Notes: generated from the sequence alone by a model not told the origin. DNA of 64,000 nt from Actinomycetota bacterium (GCA_036397035.1 DASWJS010000021.1:788-64787), one strand, 5' to 3'; positions 1 to 12,981 are shown, numbered from the stretch's first letter. A program made the numbers and translations.

Positions 1-909
1 GCCGCGCAGGGCGAGCCCCACCTGCTCGGCGATCGTCGCGCCCGCCTTGTCCTGCGCCTCCTGGGTCGAGGCGCCGAGGTGCGGCGTGACGATCACGCTG
101 TCGAGTGCGAACAGCGGCGAGGCGGTCGTAGGCTCCTCGGTGAAGGTGTCGACCCCCGCGCCGCCGAGCGCGCCGGCCGCCAGGGCCGACGCCAAGGCCT
201 CCTCGTCCACGACTCCCCCGCGGCCGGTGTTGATCAGCCGCGCGGTCGGCTTCATCAGCGCCAGCTCGCGCGCGCCGATCATGCCGGTCGTCTCGGGCGT
301 CTTGACCACGAGCACGCACAGGAAGTCCGCCTGGGCGAGCGCGTCCCCGAGCGGGACCAGCTCGACCCCGATCTGGGAGGCGCGCTGCTTGGACACGTAC
401 GGGTCGTGCGCGATCACGCGCATCCCGAAGCTCATCGCGCGCTGCGCGACCAGCGTCGCCACGCGTCCGAGGCCGAGCAGCGCGAGCGTCTTGCCGTTCA
501 GCTCGACGCCGACGAAGCGGGTGCGGTCCCAGACGCCTTCCTTCAGCAGGGCGTTCGCGGCCGGAAGGTTGCGCGCGAGCCCGAGGATCATCGCCATGGT
601 GTGCTCGGCGTTGGAAAGGATGTTCGCCTGGGGCGCGTTGACGACGAGGATCCCGTTGCGCGTCGCGGCGTCCACGTCCACGTTGTCCACGCCCACGCCC
701 GCGCGTCCGATCACCTTCAGCGACGTGCCGCGCTCGATCAGCTCGGCGTCGGCCTTGGTCGCCGAGCGCACGATGAGCGCGTCGTAGCCCGCGATCGTCT
801 CCAGCAGGGCCGGGCGGTCCAGGTCGGTCAGGACGTCGACGTCGTGGCCCTCCGCGCGCAGCGCCTCGATGCCGGCGTCGGCGATCGGCTCGGCGACGAG
901 GACCTTCAC
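1..909 (-). CDS. serA: D-3-phosphoglycerate dehydrogenase (5' part; the gene continues beyond the window start)
   Basis: Translating the reverse strand from the GTG at 909..907 gives VKVLVAEPIADAGIEALRAEGHDVDVLTDLDRPALLETIAGYDALIVRSATK...GRAGVGVDNVDVDAATRNGILVVNAP, a typical 2-hydroxyacid dehydrogenase / SerA N-terminus. The GTG overlaps the upstream aminotransferase stop (GTGA). The + strand ORFs 47..787 and 79..966 are antisense artefacts. Confidence 0.85.
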   Translation of the reverse strand, partial: MKVLVAEPIADAGIEALRAEGHDVDVLTDLDRPALLETIAGYDALIVRSATKADAELIERGTSLKVIGRAGVGVDNVDVDAATRNGILVVNAPQANILSNAEHTMAMILGLARNLPAANALLKEGVWDRTRFVGVELNGKTLALLGLGRVATLVAQRAMSFGMRVIAHDPYVSKQRASQIGVELVPLGDALAQADFLCVLVVKTPETTGMIGARELALMKPTARLINTGRGGVVDEEALASALAAGALGGAGVDTFTEEPTTASPLFALDSVIVTPHLGASTQEAQDKAGATIAEQVGLALRG

Positions 910-2030
910 GCCTGCGCGAAGACCTCTTCGGCGGCCGCGACGGCGTCGCCGCGCTTGACCGGGTAGCCTAGCTCCTCCAGCGCCAGCTCCAGCACGGCGA
1001 GCGCCTGCAGGATCTCGCTGCGCTCGAGGTAGCCGATGTGACCGATGCGGAAGATCTTGCCTTTCAGCTTGCCCTGGCCGGGCGCGAAGATGATCCCGTA
1101 CTTGGCGCGCACGAGCTTGGTGACCGCGGACCCGTCGATGCCCTCCGGGCACGCGACGGCGGTGACGCACACGGCTCGCTCGGGATCCTCGCCGAACAGC
1201 TCCAGGCCGAGCGCCTGCACGCCGGCCTTGACGGCCTTGGACAGCACGGCGTGGCGCGCGAGCGCGTTGTCGAGCCCTTCCTCGCGCAGCAACTTGATGG
1301 CCGCGGCGAGGCCCATGTACAGGTGGACCGCCGGCGTGTAGGGCGTCTCCGGCGGGTCCTTGCGCGCCGCGTCGCGCACGGTCGCCCAGTCGAAGTAGAA
1401 GCGCGGGAGCGTCGCGCGCGCGTTGGCCGCCCACGCGGCCTCGGACACCGCGACGAAGGCGATGCCGGGCGAGCCCATGAGCGCCTTCTGCGAGCCGCCG
1501 ATCGCGACGTCGACGCCCCAGTCGTCCACCCGCAACGGCGCGCCCCCGACGCCGGAGATCGAGTCGACGACGAACAGCGCCGGGTGGTCGCGCACGACCG
1601 CGCCGATCGATTCGATGTCGTTGACGACGCCGGTCGATGTCTCCGAGTGCTGGATGAGCACGCCCTTGATGTCGGGCTCGAGCGCCGCGGCGACGTCGGC
1701 CGCCTTCGCGGTCTTGCCCCACTCGTAGTCCAGGAGCTTCACGTCGAGCCCGTAGGCTTTGCAGATCGTCTCGAAGCGCTCGCCGAAGTTGCCGACCGAC
1801 ACGACCAGCACGCGGTCCCCTGGCGAGAAGCAGTTCACGACGGCGCTCTCCATCCCGCCCGAGCCCGAAGCTGTGAAGGTCAGCACGTCGTTCTTCGTGC
1901 CGTAGATGTCGCGCAGCCCTTCGGTAACCTCGGTCAGCACGGAGCCGAATCCGGGCCCACGGTGGTAGACGATCGGGCTACCCTGGGCCAGGAGAACCTC
2001 GGGGGGGACCGGCGTGGGTCCAGGCGTCAT
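906..2030 (-). CDS. serC: Class V aminotransferase (phosphoserine / serine-pyruvate aminotransferase family)
   Basis: The 426-aa ORF has class V aminotransferase hallmarks (GPTPVPPEVL, a PLP-lysine region SQKAL, C-terminal RIGHIGY). The likely start is the internal ATG giving MTPGPTPVP (2030). The stop overlaps the serA GTG by 4 nt, which supports a serC-serA operon. Confidence 0.8.
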   Translation of the reverse strand: MTPGPTPVPPEVLLAQGSPIVYHRGPGFGSVLTEVTEGLRDIYGTKNDVLTFTASGSGGMESAVVNCFSPGDRVLVVSVGNFGERFETICKAYGLDVKLLDYEWGKTAKAADVAAALEPDIKGVLIQHSETSTGVVNDIESIGAVVRDHPALFVVDSISGVGGAPLRVDDWGVDVAIGGSQKALMGSPGIAFVAVSEAAWAANARATLPRFYFDWATVRDAARKDPPETPYTPAVHLYMGLAAAIKLLREEGLDNALARHAVLSKAVKAGVQALGLELFGEDPERAVCVTAVACPEGIDGSAVTKLVRAKYGIIFAPGQGKLKGKIFRIGHIGYLERSEILQALAVLELALEELGYPVKRGDAVAAAEEVFAQA

Positions 2031-2192
2031 CAGGATCTCGGGTTTGCGCACTGCTCGCTCCTTCGCAGCTCGCCGGCGTCCGCGCGGGCCGGCACGGGCC
2101 ATCCTACGTGACCTGAGCAGCACGTTCATCCGGGTTCTTGACGGTTCTGAGACCTGGATCGTCTGAGTTCGCCACCACGCCCGCACCAGGCG

Positions 2193-2789
2193 TCAACGAC
2201 AGCGACCACGCATGTGATCAACTTGGTACGGCTTGTCCCACACCAGCAAGCCGTCCGCGTCCCACGCCTTGGCGCGGACCTTCAGCCGGTAGCTCGCCAC
2301 CGATGTTCGCCCACACGTGTTGAGCACGGCAGCCGACTTTGGGTTCTTTGCACTGCGGGGGTCACTTGCGGAACCAGAGTTGCGGTCGGACCAGCCAGCC
2401 CCGGTGTTCTCCTGGATCTTCACCAATAGAGAAGTCTCACTGAAGCCGCCGGTGCACACGAGATAGGCCGCGCCAACGAACTGAGTGTTACTGCCGTCGG
2501 AAACGGCGCGGAACTCGCCGTCGCTCGAGCAGTTGATCAGTGAGGTCATCTTCTCCACGTATCCTGGACCTGGATCGAAGGCCGGAGGGTCTTCCGCATA
2601 AGCCGCCGGGCCGCCGGCAGTGCCGTCATCCAAACACCAGGAGGGCATCGGCACGAACACAAACGGAATACCGGTGTCTACCTCACAAACCTCGCCGAGA
2701 GGATCAGCATGAGCAGCCAGTGGGAATACGATCGCGGCCAGACCCAATCCTGCGACCAAGGCAACACACAAGAGATTCGCCTTCCGCAC
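2193..2789 (-). CDS. Secreted hypothetical protein, paralog B of a tandem pair (198 aa)
   Basis: N-terminal signal peptide (MRKANLLCVALVAGLGLAAIVFPLAAHA). It shares strongly conserved blocks with the next ORF (ADPL.E.CEVD, PxWCLDDGT, YxEDPPxFDPGP, SNTQ..AAYL.C.GGFS.T.LL.KIQENTG.GWSDR, DPRS.KNPK). No known family recognised. Confidence 0.6.
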   Translation of the reverse strand: MRKANLLCVALVAGLGLAAIVFPLAAHADPLGEVCEVDTGIPFVFVPMPSWCLDDGTAGGPAAYAEDPPAFDPGPGYVEKMTSLINCSSDGEFRAVSDGSNTQFVGAAYLVCTGGFSETSLLVKIQENTGAGWSDRNSGSASDPRSAKNPKSAAVLNTCGRTSVASYRLKVRAKAWDADGLLVWDKPYQVDHMRGRCR

Positions 2790-2854
2790 CTAACACCCTC
2801 CAGTCGGGCGAACGTTGTTCAGGGCAGTGTTCTGCGACGGATCTATGCGGGCGC

Positions 2855-3451
2855 CTACTTGCAGCGTCCGCGCCACGGACCAACCTTCCACGAATGATCC
2901 CCGACAAGGTTGCCGTTGTGGTCCCACACCTTCACTCGGAACTTCGCCCGGTAACTCGCAAGGGCAGTTCGGCCACAAGTGCTTGAGGCGACCGCGGTCT
3001 TCGGGTTCTTAGGGCTCCTCGGGTCGTCAGCAGAATCGCGATCCGACCATCCGCTGCCAGTGTTCTCTTGGATCTTCGCCAGAAGGTACGTATCGCTGAA
3101 ACCACCCGAGCATTCAAGGTAGGCTGCGGCGATCATCTGCGTGTTGCTCGAATCGCTGATCATGTGGAACTTGCCGTCCGCTCCGCAGTCGATTCTCGAC
3201 GCCATCTGCTCGACGAATTGTGGGCCTGGGTCGAACGGCGGAGGATCCTCGTTGTAAGCGAACGGTCCGTCGGGCGTGCCATCATCCAAGCACCACGGGG
3301 GCAACAGCAGAAACACGCCGGGTACTACCGGATCCACCTCACATAGATCCTCAAGCGGGTCAGCCTGAACGGAGGTCGGCGCCAGCACTCCCGCGCACAC
3401 CAACCCGAGCATGGCCGCGAAACTCAGAACCTGACTTCCTCTACGCCGCAT
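2855..3451 (-). CDS. Secreted hypothetical protein, paralog A of a tandem pair (198 aa)
   Basis: Signal peptide (MRRRGSQVLSFAAMLGLVCAGVLAPTSVQA). Same length as 2193..2789 and roughly 60% identical to it. Conserved Cys pattern. Confidence 0.6.
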   Translation of the reverse strand: MRRRGSQVLSFAAMLGLVCAGVLAPTSVQADPLEDLCEVDPVVPGVFLLLPPWCLDDGTPDGPFAYNEDPPPFDPGPQFVEQMASRIDCGADGKFHMISDSSNTQMIAAAYLECSGGFSDTYLLAKIQENTGSGWSDRDSADDPRSPKNPKTAVASSTCGRTALASYRAKFRVKVWDHNGNLVGDHSWKVGPWRGRCK

Positions 3452-3833
3452 TGCGACCCCCCGACCTTGGGCGCGCGCCTAGCGCTACATCTATTCGTGG
3501 AATGGAATCCTATGATATCAGTAATATCTCTCAGATGAGGTGCTGATCCCGAGTGCGTGTTCCTTCTAGTGAACCAGGCAGCAACAGCGCCGCGGACAGG
3601 TCGCTCGTCCTGCCCGCCAGCCTGAAAGTACCCTCCCTCGCAGGTGTCCTGACTATTGACGGGGAACATCTGCTTCACGCAGACACAGGCCTTGCGCGAG
3701 CACGGCTGGTGCACCTGGAGTTGGGCGCAAGACTACTTGCACGGAGGATCATGAACATCGGCAGGCTCTTCCGCAAAAGGCCGTGCCGGGATCTGTCCCG
3801 GGCCGTCGCCCGCGCGGGCGCGGGGAGGCGAGC
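3452..3833. promoter_or_regulatory. Divergent intergenic region with an AT-rich island (about 3485-3550)
   Basis: A 380-bp gap lies between divergently oriented genes. The local sequence catctattcgtggaatggaatcctatgatatcagtaatatctctcagatgagg is very AT-rich against a background above 70% GC. It is a likely promoter or regulator-binding region for both flanking secreted-protein genes. Confidence 0.4.
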
Positions 3834-5305
3834 GTGAGGAGGGCCGGCGCGCTCGTTCTGGGCGCCTCGCTGTGCACCGGGTTGTTCGCCGTCCCGGCGG
3901 CGGGCGCCGACTGCACGAGTTTGCCGCGCAAGCCCGACCGGCCCGAGGTCGAGGTCGCGCGCGCGAAGCTGCGCGGCGCCTCGTCCGTTCGCCTCCTGCC
4001 CGGGAAGGACAAACGCGTCCATTACAGGCTGAGGCTTCCCGCGTCGCCCACGCCGCTGGACATCTTCTTCCTGCTGGACACCACCGGAAGCATGGATGCG
4101 GCGATCTGCAGCGTGAAGCTCGCGCTCTACGACATCGCCTTCGGCCTGGAGAAGACGGGCATCGACGTGAACTTCGGCCTCGGGTGGTACCGGGACTACC
4201 CGATCGCGCCCTACGGCGACCCGGGCGACACGGCATACAAGCTCGAGCACAAGATCGGCCCGCTGGACGAGGCGATGATCGAGACGCTGCACGGGCTCGA
4301 CGCGGGAGGAGGGTTCGACGGACCCGAGTCCGCCCTCCCGGCGCTGTACCAGGCCGCGACGGGCGAGGGGCAGGACGTCGCGCCGCCCGGGTCCTCGCCG
4401 GCCGACATCCCGGACGGCGGGGAAGCCGGCTTCCGCGAGGGCGGCCTGCGGGTCATCGTGAACGTGACGGACGCCCCCTTCAACAAGGGACGGGCCTACC
4501 CCGGTCCGGCCTGGGCCGACGTGGTCGAGGCGCTCCGCGGGAACGACGTCTACCAGGTGGGCATCGCGGTGGGCAACCGCAACCAAGACCTCGAGCGGAT
4601 GGCGTTCGACACCGACGCGGTCGCGCCGAAGGGCGGGCTCGACTGCGACGGGGACGGCTCGGCCGACCTCGACAAGGGACTCCCGCTCGTCTGCTCGATG
4701 GGTGGCGGCTCGGTCAACCTGGCCCCGACGATCGTGAGCATGGTCAAGGCGATCGAGGACATCGCGTCGGTGAAGTTCCGAGCGGCCGGGGCGGCTGAGG
4801 TCGTCGCCGCCGTAAAGCCGCCTGTCGTGCCCGACCTCGACATCACTCGTCCGCACCGGGCGGCCGTCCGCGTCCGCTATCACTGCGACAAGCCGAACGG
4901 CGAGCACATGGTCGAGCTGGTCGCCAGCGTCCGCGGGATCGAGGTCGCCCGCACACGGACCACGGTCACCTGCGACGCGCCGCCGGCCGTGCTTCCGATC
5001 GTGCAGGCGGCCGGGATCGCGGCCGCGCCGGCGCCCGCGCCGCAGCCGGCCCCGCAGACCAACCCGCAGGTGCAGCCACAGCCCGGCGCGCAGCCGGCCG
5101 GCGCGCTGGCGGGCGCGCCCGCCCAGGCGCCCAACCTGGCGACGGCGTCCTCCTCGGACACCGGCGACGAGACCTTGCAGATGAGCAGAGCACGCGCCAC
5201 CCCACCGCTCGCGTGGATGGTCATCGTCCTTGCGATGTCGGCCGGAGCAGCATCCATGTTGTCAACAGCGAAGCGGCCGCAGCAGGCCACCGCACGGAGG
5301 GATCG

Positions 5306-5309
<4 letters not shown>
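3834..5309 (+). CDS. Secreted von Willebrand factor A (vWA) domain protein with a Pro/Ala/Gln-rich C-terminal region and a C-terminal hydrophobic anchor
   Basis: MIDAS-type motif DIFFLLDTTGSMD. Signal peptide after the GTG at 3834, which is preceded by the RBS GGGGAGG. C-terminal low-complexity APAPAPQPAPQTNPQVQPQPGAQP, then the hydrophobic stretch LAWMVIVLAMSAGAASML. The stop overlaps the downstream ftsH-like ATG (ATGA). Confidence 0.7.
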
Positions 5310-7462
<2,153 letters not shown>

Positions 7463-7573
7463 ATCCCCGCCGAGAATAGACTCCCGGCCATATACAAACC
7501 GCACGGGCACTGGCATACTGCCCACCCGAACTAGAGGAATCCGATACAGAACGCTCGCTCGCTCGCTCGCGCC

Positions 7574-8767
7574 TTGCCACGCACGACGTGGCTGGGTGTC
7601 GTCGCATTGGTCCTGGCACTGGCAGCCGTTGCGAGCATGCCGACGCGCGCGCGGGCGATCCAGGAGCCGCTTCTCACGTTCGTGAGCATGCCGGACTTCC
7701 TCAATGCCGACGTCGCCTCGACCACGAGCCTGCCGAGGTGGCAGCCGGGCGACCCAACCAGCACCAACAAGTGGTGGCGGGAAGCGATCGGGGCCGTGCT
7801 CGATGCCGTTCAGTCCCACGACCCGGACCTGGTGTTGGTTGCCGGCGACTTGGTTCACGGCGAGTGGCACAAGGACGAGGAGCGCGTGCGGCTGTTCGGC
7901 TCGATCCGGGGGCTCCAGCGCAAGCGGCTCGCGATCCACCGGGCGGGCGCGCTCTACTACGGCCGGTGGAAGCGGCGCTTCGCCGCCCGAGACTTGCCGG
8001 TGCACCCGACCCTGGGCGACCACGAGATCGGCGACAACCCGTGGCTCCCCGGGAAGGCGAAGACCAAGCTGGTTCGGACGTTCAAGAACACCTGGGCCCG
8101 CGCCTTCACCGATCGCGCGGAGTACGGCATGCACCCGACCGGGACGGCCTACGACCGCACCGCGTATGCGTTCACCGTTCAGAACACGCTGTTCGTCGGC
8201 GTGGACGTCTTCCGCGCCCGCAAGAACGGCGTCGAGATCACGGTGCGGGGCGGACAGTTGAGGTGGCTGCGCGACCTCCTCGAACGCGCGCGGCTGGACC
8301 CGCGGATCGCGCACGTCGTCGTCCAGGGGCACACGCCGGTCCTCGGGCCCGTGCGCGGGGACCACACCTCGGGCCTGACGATGGCCGGCGGCTCGTCGAG
8401 CGAGTTCTGGTCGACCTTGAAGACCCTCGGCGCGGACCTCTACCTGGCCGGCGAGTTCCATGCGATCACCTCGATCAACGACGGCCCGATCGAGCAGCTC
8501 GTCCACGGGGGCAACGTCGGCAAGGGCTCCTACCACTCGTTCGTGGTAGGCAAGGTCTACCCGGATCGGATCGAGCTGACCGCCTACGAGGCGCCCCTGT
8601 ACCACTACCTGCGCAAGCGCACGCTGTGGAACACGACCTCCAACGGGCCGGCTGCGATCGTGGTCGTCGGCCTCTACGAGCCCGTCGGCACCTTGACCAG
8701 GATCGAGGTCGCCGGGCACACCGAATGGCAGGACCGAACCGGCGTCTTCATGCCCTACCAGCCTTGA
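7574..8767 (+). CDS. Secreted calcineurin-like metallophosphoesterase
   Basis: Signal peptide ([22 protein letters not shown]) and metallophosphoesterase motifs ([22 protein letters not shown]). Confidence 0.7.
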   Translation: MPRTTWLGVVALVLALAAVASMPTRARAIQEPLLTFVSMPDFLNADVASTTSLPRWQPGDPTSTNKWWREAIGAVLDAVQSHDPDLVLVAGDLVHGEWHKDEERVRLFGSIRGLQRKRLAIHRAGALYYGRWKRRFAARDLPVHPTLGDHEIGDNPWLPGKAKTKLVRTFKNTWARAFTDRAEYGMHPTGTAYDRTAYAFTVQNTLFVGVDVFRARKNGVEITVRGGQLRWLRDLLERARLDPRIAHVVVQGHTPVLGPVRGDHTSGLTMAGGSSSEFWSTLKTLGADLYLAGEFHAITSINDGPIEQLVHGGNVGKGSYHSFVVGKVYPDRIELTAYEAPLYHYLRKRTLWNTTSNGPAAIVVVGLYEPVGTLTRIEVAGHTEWQDRTGVFMPYQP

Positions 8768-9758
8768 TCCAGGGCATCATCGAGCGGAGCTTCTTGCCGA
8801 CTTCCTCGATCTGATGGCCGGCCTGCTCCGCGCGCATGCGCTTGAAGCTCGAGGCGCCGGCTTCGTTTTCGGCGATCCATTCCTTGGCGAACTGCCCTGA
8901 GGTGATCTCCTCCAGGATGCGCTTCATCTCCGCGCGCGTCTCCTCGGTGATCACGCGCGAGCCGCGCGAGTAGTCGCCGTACTCGGCGGTGTCCGAGATC
9001 GAGTAGCGCATGAACTCGAAGCCGCCCTCGTAGAGCAGGTCCACGATCAGCTTCAGCTCGTGCAGGCATTCGAAGTAGGCGATCTCGGGCTGGTAGCCCG
9101 CGTTCACGAGCGTCTCGAACCCGGCTTGGACCAGCGCGCTCGTCCCGCCGCAGAGCACGGCCTGCTCGCCGAACAAGTCGGTCTCGGTCTCCTCCTGGAA
9201 GGTGGTCTCGATCAGGCCCGCGCGCGTCGCGCCGATGCCCTTCGCGTAGGCAAGGCCGAGCGCGTGCGCGTTGCCGGTCGCGTCGCGGTGGATCGCGATC
9301 AGCGCCGGCGTGCCGATCTTCTCCAGGTAGGTGCGGCGCACGAGGTGCCCCGGTCCCTTCGGCGCAACCATGCACACGTCCACGCCCGGCGGTGGGTCGA
9401 TCTGGCCGAAGTGGATGTTGAAGCCGTGCGCGAAGAACAGCGCGTCGCCGTCGCGCAGGTTCGGCGCGATCGACTCGTCGTAGGCGCGGCGCTGCGCGGT
9501 GTCGGGGATGAGCACCATGACGAGGTTCGCCTCGTCGACTGCTTGCGCCGCCGGCACGGCGCGCACGCCGTCGTGCTCGGCTCGCGCGAACGAGGCCGAC
9601 CCCTCGGCGAGCCCGACGCGCACGTCGGCGCCGGAGTCGCGCAGGTTGAGCGCGTGCGCGTGACCCTGCGAGCCGTAGCCGAGGACCGCGATCCTGCGGT
9701 CGTCCAGCACGCTCAGGTCGGCGTCGTCGTCGTAGTAGATCGTGGCTGCCATTCTCAT
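8748..9758 (-). CDS. ilvC: Ketol-acid reductoisomerase
   Basis: Strong full-length match to IlvC ([34 protein letters not shown]). The start is ATG 9758 (ATGA overlap with the ilvN stop) or ATG 9752. Confidence 0.95.
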   Translation of the reverse strand: MRMAATIYYDDDADLSVLDDRRIAVLGYGSQGHAHALNLRDSGADVRVGLAEGSASFARAEHDGVRAVPAAQAVDEANLVMVLIPDTAQRRAYDESIAPNLRDGDALFFAHGFNIHFGQIDPPPGVDVCMVAPKGPGHLVRRTYLEKIGTPALIAIHRDATGNAHALGLAYAKGIGATRAGLIETTFQEETETDLFGEQAVLCGGTSALVQAGFETLVNAGYQPEIAYFECLHELKLIVDLLYEGGFEFMRYSISDTAEYGDYSRGSRVITEETRAEMKRILEEITSGQFAKEWIAENEAGASSFKRMRAEQAGHQIEEVGKKLRSMMPWIKAGRA

Positions 9759-10279
9759 CCCGTCCTTTCGACCGCGCGCAGCGGCTTGTCGGTGATCGCC
9801 TTGTCCCCGCGACCGAGCGCGACCAGGCCGGTGCGGACCAGCTCCTTCACGCCGTACTCGTGCAGCAGGTCGGTCAGCGCCGCCAGCTTGTCGGGCGCGC
9901 CGGTCGCCTCGATCGTGATCGAGGCGGGCGCGACGTCGATGATCTTGGAGCGGAAGATGTCGGCGATCTCAAGGATCTGCGCGCGGGTGTCGGCCTTGGA
10001 CCGGACCTTGATCAGCAGCAATTCGCGCTCGACCGATCCGGCGCGTTCCAGCTCGACGATCTTGATCACGTTGACGAGCTTGTTGAGCTGCTTGACCACC
10101 TGTTCCAGCGGCTGCGTGTCGACGTTGACCACGATGGTCATGCGGCTGACGTCGGGGCTCTCGGTCGGGCCGACCGCGAGCGAGTGGATGTTGAACCCCC
10201 GGCGCGCGAACAGCCCGGCGATGCGCGCGAGCACGCCGGGCTTGTTCTCCACCAGGACCGAAAGCGTGTGCGTTGCCAT
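9755..10279 (-). CDS. ilvN: Acetolactate synthase small (regulatory) subunit
   Basis: ACT-domain protein: [40 protein letters not shown]... Classic IlvN/IlvH. Confidence 0.9.
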   Translation of the reverse strand: MATHTLSVLVENKPGVLARIAGLFARRGFNIHSLAVGPTESPDVSRMTIVVNVDTQPLEQVVKQLNKLVNVIKIVELERAGSVERELLLIKVRSKADTRAQILEIADIFRSKIIDVAPASITIEATGAPDKLAALTDLLHEYGVKELVRTGLVALGRGDKAITDKPLRAVERTG

Positions 10280-10291
10280 AGCGGCTCCTTA

Positions 10292-12046
10292 TCAGATCGT
10301 TCCTTCGGGCGCGTCGTGCAGGACGTCGGCGTGCTCGGCTTCGAACTCCGGGCCGAGGATGATGTCGTCGTTGGACGCGCCGGCCGGCACCATCGGGTAG
10401 CACTTCTCGGTCGGGTCGCAGCGGAAGTCGATCAGGACGGTCTTGTCGTTGATCTCGTTCGCCTTGCGAATCGCCGGCTCGACCTCGTCCGGCGTGTCCA
10501 CGCGGATGCCGACCGCGCCGTAGGCCTCGGCGAGCCGCACGTAGTCCGGCACGTCGAAACCGAAGTCCACCTGGCTGTATCGCTCGGCGTAGAACAGCTC
10601 CTGCCACTGGCGCACCATGCCGAGCGAGCCGTTGTTCACCAGCGCGATCTTCACCGGGATGTTCTCAGTCGTCATCGTGGCCAGTTCCTGCGAGGTCATC
10701 TGGAAGCAGCCGTCGCCGTCCACCGCCCAGACCTGCGCTTCGGGCGCGCCGACCTTGACGCCCATCGCCGCGGGAACCGCGTAGCCCATCGTCCCGAGCC
10801 CGCCGGAATTGATCCAGGTGTTGGGCCGGCGGAAGCGAATGAACTGGCTCGCCCACATCTGGTGCTGGCCGACGCCGCCGACGAAGTAGGCGTCCTGGGC
10901 CGCCAGCTCGCCGACCTTCTGGATGACGAACTGGGGCTTGAGCGGCCCGTCGGCGGGCTGGGTGTACTTCAGCGGGTAGCGGGTCCGCCAATCGTCCAGC
11001 GTCGCGATCCACGCCGAGTAGTCGGGCGTTGCCCCGCCGTCGATCGCCTCGGTCACCGCGTCGCACAGGTCGGCGATCACGCTCTTGGCGTCGCCCACGA
11101 TCGGCACGTCGACGGCCCGGTTCTTGCCGATCTCCGCCGGGTCGACGTCGGCGTGGATGATCTTCGCCTCCGGCGCGAAGCTGGCGAGCGACCCGGTCAC
11201 GCGGTCGTCGAACCGCGTGCCGAGGCCGACCAGAAGGTCCGATCGCTGCATCGCGGTCACCGCCGTGTAGTTGCCGTGCATCCCCGGCATCCCGAGGCAG
11301 AGCGGATGGTCGTCGGGGATCGCGCCGCGCCCCATCAGCGTCGTCACGACTGGCGCGCCGGTCAGCTCGGCCAGGCGACGAAGCTCCTCGCCGGCCCCCG
11401 CGCGGATCACGCCGCCGCCCACGTAGAGCACCGGCTTCCTGGAGGTCAGCAGCAGTCGCGCCGCCTCGCGGATCTTCTTCTGGTTCCCGCGCACGACGGG
11501 GTGATAGCCGACGAGCTTCGGCTCCTCCGGGTACCACCACGCCATGTCCGCCTGCAGGACGTCCTTCGGCAGGTCCACCAGGACCGGGCCGGGCCGGCCG
11601 GTCTTGGCGATGTGGAAGGCCTCGTTGATCACGCGCGGGATCTCCTGCGGGTCCATCACGAGGAAGTTGTGCTTGGTGACCGGCATCGTGATCCCGGTCG
11701 CGTCGCACTCCTGGAAGGCGTCCCCGCCCACTGCCCAGCGCGGGACCTGCCCCGTGATCGCCACGACGGGGATCGAGTCCATGAAGGCGCTCGCCAGGCC
11801 GGTGACGAGGTTCGTCACCCCCGGGCCGGACGTGGCCACGCACACGCCCACCTCGCCGGTCGCCTGCGCGTAGCCGTCGGCCGCGTGCGCGGCGCCCTGC
11901 TCGTGCCGGCACAGGATGTGCCGGATCGGCGAGTCGATGATCGGGTCGTAGAGCGGCAGGATCGCCCCGCCGGGGATGCCGAACATGACCTCGACGCCCT
12001 CGGCTTCGAGGCTCTTCATCGTGGCTTGCGCTCCGGTGATCTTCAT
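10292..12046 (-). CDS. ilvB: Acetolactate synthase large (catalytic) subunit
   Basis: ThDP/FAD enzyme with N-terminal ThDP-pyrimidine, central FAD and C-terminal ThDP-pyrophosphate regions. Motifs: [44 protein letters not shown] lies upstream of the ATG. Confidence 0.95.
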   Translation of the reverse strand: MKITGAQATMKSLEAEGVEVMFGIPGGAILPLYDPIIDSPIRHILCRHEQGAAHAADGYAQATGEVGVCVATSGPGVTNLVTGLASAFMDSIPVVAITGQVPRWAVGGDAFQECDATGITMPVTKHNFLVMDPQEIPRVINEAFHIAKTGRPGPVLVDLPKDVLQADMAWWYPEEPKLVGYHPVVRGNQKKIREAARLLLTSRKPVLYVGGGVIRAGAGEELRRLAELTGAPVVTTLMGRGAIPDDHPLCLGMPGMHGNYTAVTAMQRSDLLVGLGTRFDDRVTGSLASFAPEAKIIHADVDPAEIGKNRAVDVPIVGDAKSVIADLCDAVTEAIDGGATPDYSAWIATLDDWRTRYPLKYTQPADGPLKPQFVIQKVGELAAQDAYFVGGVGQHQMWASQFIRFRRPNTWINSGGLGTMGYAVPAAMGVKVGAPEAQVWAVDGDGCFQMTSQELATMTTENIPVKIALVNNGSLGMVRQWQELFYAERYSQVDFGFDVPDYVRLAEAYGAVGIRVDTPDEVEPAIRKANEINDKTVLIDFRCDPTEKCYPMVPAGASNDDIILGPEFEAEHADVLHDAPEGTI

Positions 12047-12062
12047 GGCTCTCTCCTGTTCG

Positions 12063-12662
12063 TCAGGTCGTGCTCGCCGCTCGGTCGCCCGCGCGGGCGA
12101 TCTCGCGGATGATCTCGTCGGCCGTCGCGATGCGAATGCCGACGGCGCGAAGGTCGGCGAGGTTCGCGATGCGCGTGTCCTCGCTGCTCGTCGCCAGCCC
12201 GTCCTCGACCGCGATCACGTCGTAGTCCAGCGAGATCGCGTCGAACATCGTCGCGCGCGGGCTGTTGGGCAGCGATACCCCCATCACGGCGAGCCGCTCG
12301 ACGCGCGCGCGTCGCAGCAGGAAGTCCAACTCCGTTCCCATGAAGGCGCTGAAGCGGCGCTTGACTACGATCGGCTCGCCGTCGGCGGGCTCGAGCCGCT
12401 CGACGATCATGCGGCCCCACGTGTTCTCCAGCAGGAAGCCGCGGCCCGCCTGGAAGGCCGGGACCCGGAAGCGCTCGACGTCCCAGCCGTCCTCCCGGTG
12501 CGAGCGGACCGCGTGGACGACCGGCGCGCGGGCCTCCCGGAAGGCGTCCAGGACCGACCCCATGGTGCCGGCGCGGCCGGCCGCGTCGCGGATGAACAGG
12601 CGCCCGTCCGGGTGCGCGATGTCGTTCTGCATGTCGACGATGACCAGCGCCGTCGTGCTCAT
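12063..12662 (-). CDS. Isochorismatase-family cysteine hydrolase
   Basis: [20 protein letters not shown]..., catalytic Cys region [31 protein letters not shown]. It sits 16 nt upstream of ilvB on the same strand, so it is probably the first gene of the ilvBNC operon. Confidence 0.8.
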   Translation of the reverse strand: MSTTALVIVDMQNDIAHPDGRLFIRDAAGRAGTMGSVLDAFREARAPVVHAVRSHREDGWDVERFRVPAFQAGRGFLLENTWGRMIVERLEPADGEPIVVKRRFSAFMGTELDFLLRRARVERLAVMGVSLPNSPRATMFDAISLDYDVIAVEDGLATSSEDTRIANLADLRAVGIRIATADEIIREIARAGDRAASTT

Positions 12663-12728
12663 CGATTCCTCCCTGGTCCCTTCCTTCTGTGCCCCTGAAA
12701 CGAAAAACCCCCCGCGGAGCGAGAGGTC

Positions 12729-12755
12729 AGCGCGCGCTCGAACCGAGCGCGCGCT
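12729..12755 (-). promoter_or_regulatory. Perfect 11-bp GC-rich hairpin in the 5' leader of the isochorismatase-ilvBNC operon
   Basis: The + strand reads agcgcgcgctc-gaacc-gagcgcgcgct: an 11-bp perfect stem with a 5-nt loop. On the transcribed (minus) strand a GGGGGG-TTTTT tract follows about 20 nt later, roughly 45 nt before the isochorismatase ATG. Candidate attenuator or leader structure. No obvious Ile/Val/Leu-rich leader peptide was found. Confidence 0.35.
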
Positions 12756-12981
12756 AGGCGACTACGAGGCTGGAGCAGATCGAACCCCACATCGTGGGTC
12801 AGAGTATTCCAGCAGGCCATCCCCCATGTCAACGCGCCCGGAGGAGGCGCCCGAACCCCCGGCCGGCTCGCAGCCGGACGACGGCAAGAACCGGACGGGG
12901 CAAACCGCACGACAGGGCAGCTACACGCGTTGCCGCGTCTTCGCGAATGGGCGATGATGAGGCGACGTTCCACCACGGGAG

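Noticed and set aside
47-2111. Long + strand ORFs (47..787, 79..966, 1038..2111, 1045..1341, 1423..1728) overlapping the serA/serC region
   Set aside because: They lie antisense to strongly supported serA and serC genes. They have the Arg/Ala/Gly-rich or Ser/Thr/Pro-rich low-complexity composition typical of out-of-frame translation of high-GC DNA. No recognisable domains.
9060-12698. ORFs 9060..10400, 9860..12112, 9969..10607, 10665..11912 and 11976..12698 across ilvC/ilvN/ilvB/isochorismatase
   Set aside because: They overlap strongly conserved ilv genes in other frames or on the other strand. No domain signal.
12770-12835. Possible tRNA-like T-loop (GGTTCGATC on the minus strand) in the ilv operon leader
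   Set aside because: I could not build a full cloverleaf (acceptor, D and anticodon arms) around it. It more likely belongs to the leader structure. Not called as a tRNA.
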